From Rhodosorus marinus CCMP1338 (Eukaryota; Plantae; Rhodophyta), in assembly GCA_029953675.1 (NCBI GenBank), contig JAMWBK010000001.1, positions 1,260,001 through 1,508,000 of the forward strand: a stretch of DNA of 248,000 nt, given 5' to 3'. This document shows, piece after piece, positions 40,541 to 52,372 of this stretch. Position 1 is the stretch's first letter. Each line of letters begins with the position of its first letter. Position numbers and translations under genes: made by a program. The notes under the pieces were generated by a model, which did not search any database, was not told where the DNA came from, and saw only the letters and a list, made by a program, of their open reading frames with translations.

Positions 40541-42303
40541 CGCCCAGTGAGAAGCTTGAGCACGAAGGGACCCACTCCCGACTGTAGTAAACAGCCGAGC
40601 TCTCGGCGACGTTTCTCAAAATTCTATTGCAAACATGAAACAAACACTTTTAGGACTTATGATTGGATATGTTCCACGTACTTATTAATAAAAACGCCTG
40701 ACTGAACAAAATATTTTGTTAATGTAAATATTTTCGATGGATTGATTGGTTATCTCCATATTGTTTTCATTAGTTTTGTGCGTGGTGAAGGCGAAGCTCC
40801 CAGGAGCGGGGGCAAGAGGTTCTCCCTGCGAGGTAAAGACAAGATGACTCGTCAGTTTGGAACAAAGCGTTGGAACTCCATATGTGATCTAGTCTCCTCG
40901 TCCTAGTCTACTCCTGCATCTAATGCTAACGTGGGTATATGTACAATCCATTCTGGAGCATCAAACGGGTGGAAAACTGCAGCATTCTTCATCTCGAGGG
41001 CAATTTGTGTACGCCCCAGGCCCGCCTTAGCTGCGTTGTGGAAGGTACTAAGATCTACACAATCAACGTATTCATTCATTTCGTCAATGATGATGGTTTT
41101 ACTAACATAGCCTTACGCGCTACGCAAGACATCATCAGGATTAGGTACAAGGAGCTGTAGCGTGCGAGCTCGGCTAGCATGCAGCTAGTATATCGCCATA
41201 AAGCGACAGGGGCGCTGAGATATTCGGCTGTGTGCCCAATAAGGTCTTTGCAAAGTCAGTCCCTTGTTGACTGTTCAAGGCGGTCGATCAATCGAACCAT
41301 CTGAATTCTCATTGACTTTGCGAAACATATCGATTCGCTTACGATATACAATCATACGGCGGGACTAAAATGACTAATCTTGAAGGCGAATCGCGCGCAC
41401 GCGTCTCTCCCACATCAAGTCAGGCCCTGGATCGCGTGCACAAGAGTGCGAGTCTTGCGGTACTAGCAGTGTGCGCCTGTTCTGGAGAACGACCTAAATT
41501 TTGAGATGTTGAGCCTCTCGAATTTATCCAGGCTCTAGAGAGCACTCTTGTGCGAGTCTAGTCCAGTTTACGTTTGAGCTCTTGCGGTACTAGCAGTGTA
41601 CGCCTGTTCTGGAGAACGAACGATCTAAGTTTTGAGATGTTAAGCGGCACGAATTTTTCCAGGCTCTAGAGATCATCGACGAAACAGTCCGCTCTATTTC
41701 TGATACGCAATTGAAAAGCCTCAAGGCAGTTTTACATAACTTATGCTGGTGAAAGTTTCTAATCATAGACTGAAAGAAAAAACCCCGAGGAGAAAAAAGG
41801 ACTAAGCGCGGCGAAGATCGCGCGCCTCCAACATCAAAGTAGCGTTCATTCGCCTCAGCAAGAAACTTAATCGGGTACACAACGAGGACAGGACGGTCAG
41901 GGCCTTCGCGGAACAATTCCCGAAGCCAACGAGAACCAACGGAATCGATAAACCCAAAGTACTCAATGACCAGAGGTACCAGGCGATGAGCTAGAGCCGA
42001 AGCACGAATGCCGGGGGAAGACAAGGCCCCCGCATATTTCAACTCTTTGCGACGTCTCATATTGGCAGCGGCAAATCCACGGCGCTATCCCCAAGCAGGT
42101 AAACAGCGACCAGCCTGAGGATTAGGAACAACAAGATCAACGTACGTCGTACGGCGGTTATCGTCACACGAGGTCAGCCACGCGGCGTTCATCATTCTGG
42201 TAGTCTGGGACAGGCAGGGGCTTCTCACGTTCAAATTCAAGACCGGCTTGTCGTACGATAGGTCGAAGTTCGCGGTATAACAGGTTCAAGATCCGTGCAT
42301 GTC

Positions 42304-42434
42304 GGGTTGTGCCAAGTGGGGTGGGTTTTTTTGCCGTTTACGACCCCGAAGTAGTTAAACCCGTTAAAACAGGGGGTTTTATGGGGGGGTTTGGGTAGTA
42401 AACAGCAAAAAACCCGACCCACTTGCCGCAACCC
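42304..42434. mobile_element. hAT-like MITE
   Basis: Imperfect TIRs gggttgtgccaagtgggg..ttttt / aaaaacccgacccacttgccgcaaccc; relatives at ~81370-81500, ~155560-155650 and 169336-169455. Confidence 0.7.
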
Positions 42435-42502
42435 TACACTAAGATTCATAGTCTTGTCATCGGGAGCGCCTTGGATTTGCCGATGCCAGTATATAAGTCA
42501 AA

Positions 42503-44170
42503 GTGGTGGCTGTGAGTTGTTGTCGAGGATTGGGGTTTTGTTTCTTTTTCGGTCGCGAGCGTGTTCGTTTACGGGAAGCGCTTCCTCTGGTACGCCTTCC
42601 CCTCGATTTTCCGCGGTGCGTCGTTTGCATTTGCAACTACTTCTGTCTTCCGGGTGGGTGTGTTGCGGGGCCTTTCCTATTTGGGTTGGGTTTGGTCGAT
42701 TATTCTCTCGGTGCGGTTTCATATTGGTGGTGCAACGTTTACTTTGCGCATTCCCTCAGGATGGTAGGGATATCTCCGCGCTCGACGGAGCCTCCTCCCA
42801 AGGAGGCACTGCCAGGTGGGGGACTCCGTATTCGCCTCAGCTGCGGCACGTTTTCTTCCGAGGTTGACTTGGAAGGCGCTTCTGGAACCCAGGCGCGTGC
42901 ACTTATCTCCACTGTCACCAGCCTGATCACGGCTGCGAGTGATCGTGGAGTGCTCCCTCAGCTCACCCAGAAGCTAGGTGGGCTGGAATCGGGATTGCTG
43001 GCCGGGTCAAATTCAAATTCGGACGAGAATTTGAATTGCCCCAGAGTGGCAACGTTGGCTGAAGGCAGTCAACATCAGGTCAATCAACATGAACCTGTCC
43101 CGGGACAGGCGAGGGCGGTTGCTTCTGCACGGGACAGTACGACGTTGGGGAGCGGCAGGCCGGGCCAAAACGCGCTTCAGCGCTCGGGGACTCGAGGCAA
43201 TGGTGGTGGTGACTGTGCGGCAACCGGTGTGGAGGAGACTCCAGCTGTGGACTTCCCTCTCTTGGACCAGCCCTCAGGTGGTCACCAGCTCCCGGCTACT
43301 GCGGGGGCACGTGGTGGCCGCAAGGGGGGCGCTTCGTACGCATCACTCTTGCGGAAGGGCACCACTGCCACACGTACGGCGGCCATGCTCCGTTTACTAC
43401 CATCTCGCGAGCCTCAGGATGGACCTGTGGAGACCACTCTCCAATTTCTGTGGGTGCGAAATGTCCGGCCCCAGACTACACGAGGACAGGTTCCGTCTAT
43501 GCGAGACTTCCGGGACACTTTTGCGGAATCGTTAGGGTGCAGCCGGGGTGATTTCTTCTTCGCAAACTATGAGGGCCGCGATGTGCTTTTTTTGGTCTCC
43601 GCAACCGCCGCCAAGTACCTGGAGGCCTTGCTGGCGAAGCCTACCGAGCAGTGGCCTGAGAGCGCCCGGTGGCTGCGCTGCAACCCGCAGGTGGTTTTGC
43701 ACTTCGATTTTGACCGTTTCTCGGGCAATTTCCTGTCTCCGGGAGAAACGGCAGGGCTCTCTGAGCATGAGAGCAGCGTGAAGGCGGCAGCGATCCATTG
43801 GCTACGGATTCAGCGCCTTGAGAGGATCTTGTTGGAGCGGTTCCGGTCGGGCCCTCGTCACTTGCGCATGGCGGTATCCAGCTTCTTCGATCTGGAGAGG
43901 CGACTTGTGCTGACTTCGCGCTACAAGACAGAGCTGCAGCGGGTGGGGATTTTGGAGGGCTCTGCTTCCAGCACCACTTCCAGCGAGAGTGGTGAGGCAG
44001 GGGAGCAGACTGAGGGCATGGCGGTGGAGGACGCCCAGGTTACTTTGCTGAAGCCCGCGGGACCCGTTCCGCGAGCCTCGCGGAGTGGGCGGCTCACGAC
44101 TTTGGTGCGGATAGGAGGTAAGAGAGCGAGGACCGACTCCCCCGGGTCTAAGGGGGAGAAGCACGATTAG
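42503..44170 (+). CDS. Family A ORF1 (gag-like, WVRNVRPQT motif; likely start MVGISPRSTEPP)
   Basis: Long ORF conserved in copies at 88455, 152630, 160610 and 195144-197069; SYASLLRKG motif. Confidence 0.85.
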   Translation: MVAVSCCRGLGFCFFFGRERVRLREALPLVRLPLDFPRCVVCICNYFCLPGGCVAGPFLFGLGLVDYSLGAVSYWWCNVYFAHSLRMVGISPRSTEPPPKEALPGGGLRIRLSCGTFSSEVDLEGASGTQARALISTVTSLITAASDRGVLPQLTQKLGGLESGLLAGSNSNSDENLNCPRVATLAEGSQHQVNQHEPVPGQARAVASARDSTTLGSGRPGQNALQRSGTRGNGGGDCAATGVEETPAVDFPLLDQPSGGHQLPATAGARGGRKGGASYASLLRKGTTATRTAAMLRLLPSREPQDGPVETTLQFLWVRNVRPQTTRGQVPSMRDFRDTFAESLGCSRGDFFFANYEGRDVLFLVSATAAKYLEALLAKPTEQWPESARWLRCNPQVVLHFDFDRFSGNFLSPGETAGLSEHESSVKAAAIHWLRIQRLERILLERFRSGPRHLRMAVSSFFDLERRLVLTSRYKTELQRVGILEGSASSTTSSESGEAGEQTEGMAVEDAQVTLLKPAGPVPRASRSGRLTTLVRIGGKRARTDSPGSKGEKHD

Positions 44171-47100
44171 CGCTCCAGCACGGCTGCGAGGTCGCAGCCT
44201 ATGGATCTACAGTCTTATGTCCTGAAGGGGGGCGGAGACTGGGGCATTTGGCGTACGCGTTTTCGGAGTTGGCTCCGGCGGTGGATTTCTTTGGAAGGAG
44301 GCTCGCTTCCCCTCCGTGGGGGCATTCCCCCAGTCGTCCTCCCTCGTGGAGACCTTCTAGTAGCTGGAACCCTTCTCGATTTCATCTTCACGAGCCTGGC
44401 TCGCAACATTCGGGACACAGTCATTTGGGCTTTTCTGGGGGTCATGCCGCGCCTGATTCTGGCCCCCATTCACACATCGGAGCGCAGATGGCGAGTACGA
44501 GACCGACTGGCGCTGTTCTTGAAGGGAGACTTCGAAGTACTACAGCGCAGCTATTTGGCGTCGTCAGCACCATCCGCCCGTCGGACTCGGCATGGCACAG
44601 TGTCGCCCGTGCCGGCTCGAGTACAGAAATTGGTAGCAGTGGGCGATTTAAGTCGAGCGGCGCGGGTTTTGGAGGGCCAGGCGCCTGTCCTCCCCTACGA
44701 TGATAGTCTCGCCCAGACGGTGTCGTCTTTGTTCCCTGAGTCCGACGTGGATTTGTCCCCTGAATTCGAGGTATTCTTGGACCGTCCGGAGTTGGCCAGG
44801 TTTCGCATCGATCTGACGCTCAGTGAGTCTGACCTGGAGGATTTGCTTCGTACCTCGCGTCGGGGACGCTGTCCCGGACCCTCCGGACTAAGAACAGAGC
44901 TATTGCAGGCCCTGAGCCAGCCTGGCCAGAGCGCGCTTCTGAGGATCCTTAACAAGTCGTTCCAGGGCGAATCGGGTGCGTCTGCGCCATGGGAACATCT
45001 CCGGCAGGCACAGCTTTGCTTGCTCACGAAACCTGACCACCAGCCGGCCCACCCGCGTCTCCGGCCGATCGGGATGGTGGAGAGCCTACGGAAGTTAGCC
45101 GGGAGGTGGCTATGCCAGCGCCTTCGCCAGCGCGTCACAGCGTTTATGGCGCCCTTGCAAGTAGGGGTGGGATTTTCTGGGGGTTGCGAACTGATCACCC
45201 ATGGGATCGAGCTAGAACGCGCCAGTAGGCCGGAGTGGGGAGTCTTGGTGGTTGATTTCCGGAACGCATTCAACAGCGTGTCGCGGACGCATGCGCTAGA
45301 GGTGCTCCGACGGGTGTTTCCGGAGGCGTGGCCGTTTCTATCGGGTATTTACGGAGGGGAGAGCCTCCCCTACTTGACAACGGAGGGCACTGTTTTTCAA
45401 GCACATACTGGCGTCCAACAGGGCGACCCTTGCGGACCTCTTCTTCATGCCTGTGCCCTACAGCTCGTACTTTTACGTCTTTCGACTGAGGTCTCGGATC
45501 TTCGAATCTGCGCGTACCACGATGACGTAACATTGCTGGGCACCCCTGACACCCTGGCTAGGGGGCTGACCGCGATCGAAGCGTTTGCACGTCGCGTCGG
45601 TTTGACTGTGGAAACAGAAAAATGTCGCTTTCTCCCCCCGAGGGACGTGTCGCTGACCTCTCTGCCACCCACTCTGCGACTAATCAGCGAACGTGAAGGG
45701 TTCGAACACCACGGCGTCGGATTGGGGACTGACAACTTTGTTCAAGCATCCTGCGAGCGAGTTTTGGCACGGCACAAGCAACTCACCGACGCCATTGAGC
45801 ACCTACCCGACAGCATGCTGCAATCGGCCTGCTTGCTTTCCCGCTTTTGTGCCGGTCCCAGACTCAACTACTGGTTGCGCAGCCTGCCTCCAGCTTGGGG
45901 CTCGTGGATCGCGGCTAAAGCCGACGAGATGACCCCGCAACACTGGGGAACGCTCTTGGATGAGCCCCTCGATCTTGAAGCTGCTCCCGACAGGGACTTG
46001 ATTCGTGCACAGATCGCTCTACCGTTGCGATTAGGGGGATTCGGCGTTGCAGACCGTGGGCTGGTATGCTCGCCAGCGGCGGTTGCCTCCTGGGCTACCG
46101 CGCTGCGAACGTTGGTGACCTTCCAGATGCGAAGTGCCTGCCTCTTGGCTCGAGCTTTGACCAACGAGGATCCAGTGACCCTGCCGCCCCCGCTTTTGAC
46201 AATTTATGATGGTCTTCAACACGCGTTCAGGAGGTGCAACGCCGTGCCGGACGCAAATCGGTCCGGCTTTCGTTCCTGGAGGGAGCTGTTATGGGGAAGA
46301 GCTGTAGCGATTGAGGATTCTCCCCTCGACCGAGTTCTTGCCGATGACGGAGAGGCTAGCCCCGGGTCACCTGTTGCAGACTACCCGGGTTTGAGCCGAT
46401 TGTGGAGCTCCCGCACTGATGTGATTCAACATAGCCTCACCTGGGGCCAACACAGTGCCGCTCACACAGTCATGCTCAATTCTCCTCTCACGCCGCCTAC
46501 CACTGCCGCTCGTCTCCGCGGCATGGGAGGCCACCTCTCGCACTTGTGGTTAACCACTCTACCGTCGTCATTGAGTCATCGTCTCGATGCTTTCCAGTTC
46601 CGTTCTGCCGCACGGATCTATCTCGGTTTGCCACAGGCTCCGTGGCACTCTAATCGGCCGTCTTTCTGTCAGGGATGTGAGAGCCGGATTGACGCTTGTG
46701 GCTACCACTTCCTGGGTTCCTGCGGACTGTTGCGAGGTCTCCGTACGAGGCGTCACACTCGCCTCAAGTACATCCTCAGCGAATTTTTGACTCGGATAGG
46801 GCATACGGTTGAGGTTGAGTCGGAACTGCCCAGATCAATCTCGGACTCTGCACCGCCCCGCTGTATAGCCGATCTCCTCGTCTCTGACGCTGCTGCCAGA
46901 CGCTCAACATATGTGGACCTTGCGATTACCTGCCCCGTGGCCAGCGCCCACCTCACCGCAGCCGCCCGCCGCCGGGGGGCCGCGGCTTCAGCCCTTCGAA
47001 GAGTTAAGGAACGACGGTATGCTGAGAGCATGGCCAGTCTGCCTTGCGCTGAGGGTCGCTCTCACCGGTTCCAGCCATTCATTGTGGAAAGCTTTGGTCA

Positions 47101-47300
47101 CGTGGATAAGTCGGGTTTAGAGTGGTTGCGGAAATGTTTTGCTGAGCATCCTACTGAATATTTGGCGCTCTTGAGGCGTTTAAGTGTCTCCCTTTGGCGA
47201 TATTCCAGCCACATGCTTTCCGAGGCGCGCCATCGGCGCCTGGGGTTGCATGCTTCATCTTCACGCCTTGCGTAGCGCTTCAGGCTATGCTAGTAAAGTC
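42520..47300 (+). mobile_element. Family A RLE non-LTR retrotransposon, full length, both ORFs open
   Basis: U/G-rich 5' UTR, ORF1, ORF2 with RT + CCHC + RLE, tail gctagtaaagtc; inserted in a decayed B copy (agtatat on both sides). Confidence 0.95.
44201..47275 (+). CDS. Family A ORF2: reverse transcriptase + CCHC zinc finger + restriction-like endonuclease (1024 aa)
   Basis: GPSGLR, RPIG, DFRNAFNSV, GVQQGDP, AYHDD, LPLRLGGFG, CQGC..H..GSC, RHTRL, IADLLV..YVDLAI, PFIVESFG. Confidence 0.96.
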   Translation: MDLQSYVLKGGGDWGIWRTRFRSWLRRWISLEGGSLPLRGGIPPVVLPRGDLLVAGTLLDFIFTSLARNIRDTVIWAFLGVMPRLILAPIHTSERRWRVRDRLALFLKGDFEVLQRSYLASSAPSARRTRHGTVSPVPARVQKLVAVGDLSRAARVLEGQAPVLPYDDSLAQTVSSLFPESDVDLSPEFEVFLDRPELARFRIDLTLSESDLEDLLRTSRRGRCPGPSGLRTELLQALSQPGQSALLRILNKSFQGESGASAPWEHLRQAQLCLLTKPDHQPAHPRLRPIGMVESLRKLAGRWLCQRLRQRVTAFMAPLQVGVGFSGGCELITHGIELERASRPEWGVLVVDFRNAFNSVSRTHALEVLRRVFPEAWPFLSGIYGGESLPYLTTEGTVFQAHTGVQQGDPCGPLLHACALQLVLLRLSTEVSDLRICAYHDDVTLLGTPDTLARGLTAIEAFARRVGLTVETEKCRFLPPRDVSLTSLPPTLRLISEREGFEHHGVGLGTDNFVQASCERVLARHKQLTDAIEHLPDSMLQSACLLSRFCAGPRLNYWLRSLPPAWGSWIAAKADEMTPQHWGTLLDEPLDLEAAPDRDLIRAQIALPLRLGGFGVADRGLVCSPAAVASWATALRTLVTFQMRSACLLARALTNEDPVTLPPPLLTIYDGLQHAFRRCNAVPDANRSGFRSWRELLWGRAVAIEDSPLDRVLADDGEASPGSPVADYPGLSRLWSSRTDVIQHSLTWGQHSAAHTVMLNSPLTPPTTAARLRGMGGHLSHLWLTTLPSSLSHRLDAFQFRSAARIYLGLPQAPWHSNRPSFCQGCESRIDACGYHFLGSCGLLRGLRTRRHTRLKYILSEFLTRIGHTVEVESELPRSISDSAPPRCIADLLVSDAAARRSTYVDLAITCPVASAHLTAAARRRGAAASALRRVKERRYAESMASLPCAEGRSHRFQPFIVESFGHVDKSGLEWLRKCFAEHPTEYLALLRRLSVSLWRYSSHMLSEARHRRLGLHASSSRLA

Positions 47301-47599
47301 AAGTATATGAGACGTCGCAAAGAGTTGAAATATGCGGGGGCCTTCCCCAGGCGTTGGTGCTTCGGCTCCTAGCTCACCGCAGGGTACCTCCGATCATTGA
47401 GTTCACTGGTTTTCTGGATTCCGTTGGTTCTCGATGACTTCGGGAAATATTCCACAAACTCCGTGAACGTCTGTCCCCGTTTGTTTCCCCGTTTAAGTTT
47501 CTTGCTCTGTCATATGAAGGCTGCTTTGATGTTGGAGGCGCGCGATCTGCGTCGAGCTTAGTCATCGATAATAGTGTCAATATCTTCCTGGTACACATC

Positions 47600-48485
47600 G
47601 TCACGCCCTGACTTGCACCGTGCTGCATATGGCCGACTCCTCGCGCAGATGGTCTCATCTTCTCGCGCTCGCGCCCGCCTACGTAGTCTTGGAGGGGTTA
47701 TTAGCTCTCAGTGGCTCATGACCGTACCAGCCTTTCCGCCACTCACACTGTCGGATTTCGAAGTGCGTACTTCACTGCGCTTATACCTCGGCTTACATCA
47801 GCCCCCTTGGCCGTACGAGATGGGTTCGTCGTGCCCTCTCTGCTCTCAGACTGAAGACAACGCAGATTTTGGCGCCCACCTGCTCGCTAGTTGCCCGGCG
47901 GTGAAAGGTGCTCGAACCCGCCGCCACACACGGATCTTGAACCTGTTATACCGGGAACTTCGGCCTATAGTCCGGCAAGCCGGTCTGGAAATCGAACGTG
48001 AGAAACCTTTACCCGTCGCGGACTTTCAAAATGATGAACGCCGTGTAGCCGACCTGGTGATCACCTGTGACGACAGCCGCCGTACCACATACGTTGATCT
48101 TGCTGTTCCTAACCCTCAAGCTAGTCGTTATCTCCCGGCTGCGGGGGAGCGCCGTGGATCTGCCGCCGCCAGCATGAGACGCCGCAAAGAGATCAAATAC
48201 GCGGGGGCTTTGTCTTCCCCTGGTGTTCGTGCTTCGGCACTAGCACATCGCTTGGTACCCCTGATCATTGAGTGCTTTGGGTTCATGGACTCTGTTGGTT
48301 CTCGCTGGCTTCGGGAGTTGTTCCGCGAACGCCCTGACCGTCTTCAATCGTTGTTTACCCGCTTAAGTTTCCTGCTGTGGCGCATGAATGCCGCTTTGAT
48401 GTTGGAGGCGCGAGTACTTCGCCGCGCTTAGTCTTTTTTTCCCCTCGGGGGTTTTTTTTTTCAGCCTCCGATTAAACCATTCATT
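47600..48485 (+). mobile_element. Family B retrotransposon, 5'-truncated
   Basis: ORF 47574..48431; tail aaaccattcattc. Confidence 0.9.
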
Positions 48486-49647
48486 CATCATTCACCTTCC
48501 CCGGCGCCACACGACCCTGACCCTGACCGGCAAACCCTCTTCTTTTAGTTTTTTAATTGGTTGTTAAGAAAATCAACAGATGCTGTTAAATTCGAGTATA
48601 TTTCAATCTGCTAACGGCATTTTTTCGATTTATGTTGATTGAACGTGGACACAGAAAAAAAAACGTTGGGAGACTGAAATGCGTTTAAAAAAAGGTGGAT
48701 GAGGTTTGGGGTGCTAAGATTATTAGTCTTGTCATCGGGAGCGCTGTGGATTTACCAATGCCGGTACATGGGACGTCGGTAAAGAGTTGAAATATGCGGA
48801 GGCCTTGTCTTCCGCGCGCATATTGGTGCTTCGGCTCCTAGCTCATCGCCTGGTACCCTCGATCATTGAGTGCATTGGTTTTCTGGATTCCAACCGTAGG
48901 TTCTCGCTAGCGTCGGGAAATATTCCACATAACTCCGTCACCGTCCGTCCTCGTTTGTTTACTCGTTCATGTTTCTTGCTGTGCCGCATGAACGCTGCCT
49001 TGATGTTGGAGGCGCGCGATCTGCGCCAAGCTTAGCCTTTTTTCTCCCCTCGCGGTTTTTTCTTTCAGCCTCCGAGTAAACAAATTCGTCGATAAATGTG
49101 TCAATATCTTCGAAGTACACTTCGTCACCCCCAACACTCCCCCCCCGGCGCCCCACGACCCTGACCCTGTCCGGCAATCGCTCCTTTTTAGTTTTTTTAC
49201 TAGTCGTCTAAGACAATCAACAGATGCTTTAAATTCTAACACATTTCAATCTACAACGGCTTTTTTTCGATCTATGTTGATTGAATGTGGAGACGTAAAA
49301 GAAAACTGCAGGGAGATTGAAATGCGTTTAAAAAAGGCGGATGGGTTTTGGGGAAGTCAATTATGAAGACTTGAACGGGAGTTGATATTTTGTTTTAGAG
49401 CATGTCTTCTTCGGTTACAGGTTATCTCCTAGTGACAATTTGCGACAAACCCTTGTATAGACATGATATGAATGGGTCCGAAGATTAACGAAATGGTGAG
49501 ACCCAACATTTCAGAGGCAATTCCGAGATGGACTGTCTATATAAGCTTGTCCGGAGGCACGGTTCCCCTTTCGGCATGACTTTCGCTGTGGATGAACGTA
49601 CCTAGGTCTAGGCCAAAAGGCGCTTGAAGCATTGAGGAAAGGACGGG

Positions 49648-50643
49648 TTGCGGAAGACCAAAAGAAAAATGATGGGCGGAAAAGTGATCTTTCTTCTACT
49701 CCTGGTGGTCATCACTATCGGTGTGGCACAAGACACATGTGCTTCATTTCAACTTCCTGTACCCACAACGGTTAGACCAAACGGCGACCCATCCACTTCT
49801 ACCAAGCGGGCCTTTTGGGGCGATAAATACTGCCGGAAGTTGACGGTGCCGGAGCTGGATGGAAGCGTGCCGGTAGTCTGTGTGAACACTAAGATGATCG
49901 ACGAAGACACGACCTGCCTAAAGATGAGGCTGCGAAACGTTAACCGGTCCCTGGTGAAGTCCCTCAAGATTGGCGTGCACCCAGATTGCAGTATGGTTCC
50001 TCCTGTTGGTGGGAACCCGAGGAGGTTCCAGAGCCAGAGACTTGGAAAGAATTTAGGCGCTGGTCAAGTCATAAAGTCAGTGAAGCTCTGTTTCGACAAA
50101 GTCCCAGCGACACAACCGTGCTGTCGGACAACTCGGTGTTTGGTGATGGAAGCAACTATTGAGGTCGATGGAGTGGACACGACAGTAGAAATCGATGACC
50201 CTAGATGTGGCGAGGAACCGACGTGTCCATACTACATCGGCTGTCCAAACGTGATCGACGAAGAGTCAGACACGAGAAGGGGTGTTAAATACTTTTATGG
50301 CACAGTTTCCGACGATGTAATACTTCTACCTGATGTCCCGAACACGGCGACCTATACCTACGACGGTAGAGACGTAGTACTTGGCGGCAACGGAAACGAT
50401 GTTGTGTTCGCCGGAGAAGGAGAGAATATTATGAAAGGGGGCTTGGGCGACGACCAGTTTTTTGCCAATGAGGACGGAGTAAACAGAGTTTACCTCGGTG
50501 GCGGCATTGATGCATTTGGCCCCTTCCTTGACGGTGGTGCAACTCCAGACTACTATTATGGAGGCCAGGGGAATGACTATTACTTCTCTTACAATCTGGA
50601 TTACAACGATGTTGTCCAAAGTTTTGATGGCCCCATCTCGTAA
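49648..50643 (+). CDS. Secreted Cys-domain protein with RTX-like Ca-binding repeats (group 1, copy 1)
   Basis: Signal peptide; 10-Cys N-terminal domain; GGNGNDVV, GGLGDDQF, GGQGNDYY nonapeptide-like repeats. Confidence 0.87.
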   Translation: MRKTKRKMMGGKVIFLLLLVVITIGVAQDTCASFQLPVPTTVRPNGDPSTSTKRAFWGDKYCRKLTVPELDGSVPVVCVNTKMIDEDTTCLKMRLRNVNRSLVKSLKIGVHPDCSMVPPVGGNPRRFQSQRLGKNLGAGQVIKSVKLCFDKVPATQPCCRTTRCLVMEATIEVDGVDTTVEIDDPRCGEEPTCPYYIGCPNVIDEESDTRRGVKYFYGTVSDDVILLPDVPNTATYTYDGRDVVLGGNGNDVVFAGEGENIMKGGLGDDQFFANEDGVNRVYLGGGIDAFGPFLDGGATPDYYYGGQGNDYYFSYNLDYNDVVQSFDGPIS

Positions 50644-51451
50644 CCCCAGACTAACGTAACCCCATCTCGTCGTAGATGGGTAGGAGGAGGTTATTGTTCT
50701 CAGAGGTTTAGTGTAAACCACGGAATGTGTCCCTTACGAAAACTAAAACAAGGGGAGAAGGTAGAGGACCTCCCTCAATGAGATATCAGAAAAGCCCCTA
50801 ATCGCAAAAAGTTTTTGAGCAGACGATTCAGGTGCTATCGCATTGACCGCCAGCTAACCATTACAGCTCCAGAGAATCCTATTGATTCCTTTGCCGCTGC
50901 GGACCTCAAAGCGTCTTTTCTGCGTGCCTTCGGCGGCTTCCACCTGTTCCCCGCCGTCCACACGCTGCTTAAAGCATAGAAGAGAACACTCGACAATTTT
51001 GAGGGAGCCACAAAGCAAAGCAAAAAGGCAGAAACTGATATGGCAGATTGTGGGCGCCCCAGATAAACGCTTACATCCGTGATTGTCGGGATGACACCCC
51101 AGACTTAAGTAAAAACGCCTCCCTTTGTGTCGACGAAATCTGTTGGAACGGTCTCGCGGTCAGCGGTGACCGAACGCTCTCAGCATGTAGAAGGATGATT
51201 CGCACATCGTCATGCATACGGTAGGACCGATGTGAGAACGGTATACGGTAGAAAAACCTTATAGGGGTTCAAACGTTTGAAATAGTTTGAACGGTACAAG
51301 GCATCGACTATCACCACAATATAGTAGGTTACTTAAGTGCGAGATATCGACCCCAAGGGTCAGGGAAACAATAAAGAAACCATCGAAGTTTGGCTGACGG
51401 GACTTTGGTCAAGGTTGGGAATCCTCGAAAATTCCAACATGGTCTCATCGC

Positions 51452-52372
51452 TTGGTGCGATTTTGTAAGAACTGCTTGGTGCGTTTTTACGGGAATAGGG
51501 ATTGCCCGTGGTGTTGCCTCAGGATGGCGGCGAGGGGGAGTGTTGCAGAACATGACGCGCGCTTGAAGGATTTCGCGCTACCGTCAGTGTTCACCGGGGA
51601 TCAGGATTCCTTCCGATCCTTCCGGAATTGGAGACACCAGGTAGAGTGCTACCTGACCGTCAAAGGTCTTAGGGATGTAATCGACAACCCGATAGACGCG
51701 ACGGAAGCGGAGAGACAGTATGTCTCTGCGGTGTTCCCCAGAGTGCTGGATGGGCCGGCGCTGGACACTGCCTTTGCCTCTTCGAGAGAGGCAGCGCCAG
51801 AGCAGGTATCGGCGGCGCTTCGGGCTAGATATGAGCCCTCCTCCCGCGAGACGGCTGACAGCGTATGGGGCAAGGTGTATCGGCGCGAGATGCACACCAA
51901 CGAGTCGTCACGCTCTCTGGTGAACTGGCTACAAACCCAGTTTGCAGAGATCAGGGAGATAGCGGGCGTGGCACCCACGGATGAAGAAAAACGTCGGGTC
52001 CTCCGGAAGACTTTGGAGGTGAGGGGCGACGAGCATGCGGAGTTCCTGTTCTATGCCGCGAAGGACAAAACTCTAGGCTGGACAGATTTCTGTAACGACT
52101 CCGAGGAGCTGGACCGACTTCGAGGGTCCAAGCAAATCAAGTCCAAAACGGATTCCCTCACGCACCACGTCACAACGGTGCTGAAGAAGAAGAAGAAGAA
52201 GACCCCCAGGGGATTTCTGTGTTACGGGTGCAAGAAACCCGGACACATCCGAGCCAGCTGTCCTGAAGAGCAGGACAAGGAGGAAAATAGGTCGGAAACG
52301 CGAAGATTCCGCACCGGAATGATAGAGAACAGAGCTCCAGAGTGGTCCAAAGTGCGAGGGCTGCTAGGGTGA
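51452..52372 (+). CDS. Copia gag with CCHC zinc knuckle
   Basis: FRNWRHQVECYL N-terminal motif; CYGCKKPGHIRASC. Confidence 0.85.
   Translation: MVRFCKNCLVRFYGNRDCPWCCLRMAARGSVAEHDARLKDFALPSVFTGDQDSFRSFRNWRHQVECYLTVKGLRDVIDNPIDATEAERQYVSAVFPRVLDGPALDTAFASSREAAPEQVSAALRARYEPSSRETADSVWGKVYRREMHTNESSRSLVNWLQTQFAEIREIAGVAPTDEEKRRVLRKTLEVRGDEHAEFLFYAAKDKTLGWTDFCNDSEELDRLRGSKQIKSKTDSLTHHVTTVLKKKKKKTPRGFLCYGCKKPGHIRASCPEEQDKEENRSETRRFRTGMIENRAPEWSKVRGLLG

Noticed and set aside
42503-42760. Open frame through the family A 5' UTR suggesting a longer ORF1
   Set aside because: A U/G-rich UTR is naturally stop-poor; the homologous Met-Val/Ala-Gly start is shared by families A, B and D, favouring the internal ATG
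44201-47275. RT as group II intron, retron or diversity-generating retroelement
   Set aside because: C-terminal CCHC + restriction-like endonuclease, 5' truncations, TSDs and tails identify non-LTR retrotransposons; no TR/VR pair with A-specific variation seen among the paralogous genes
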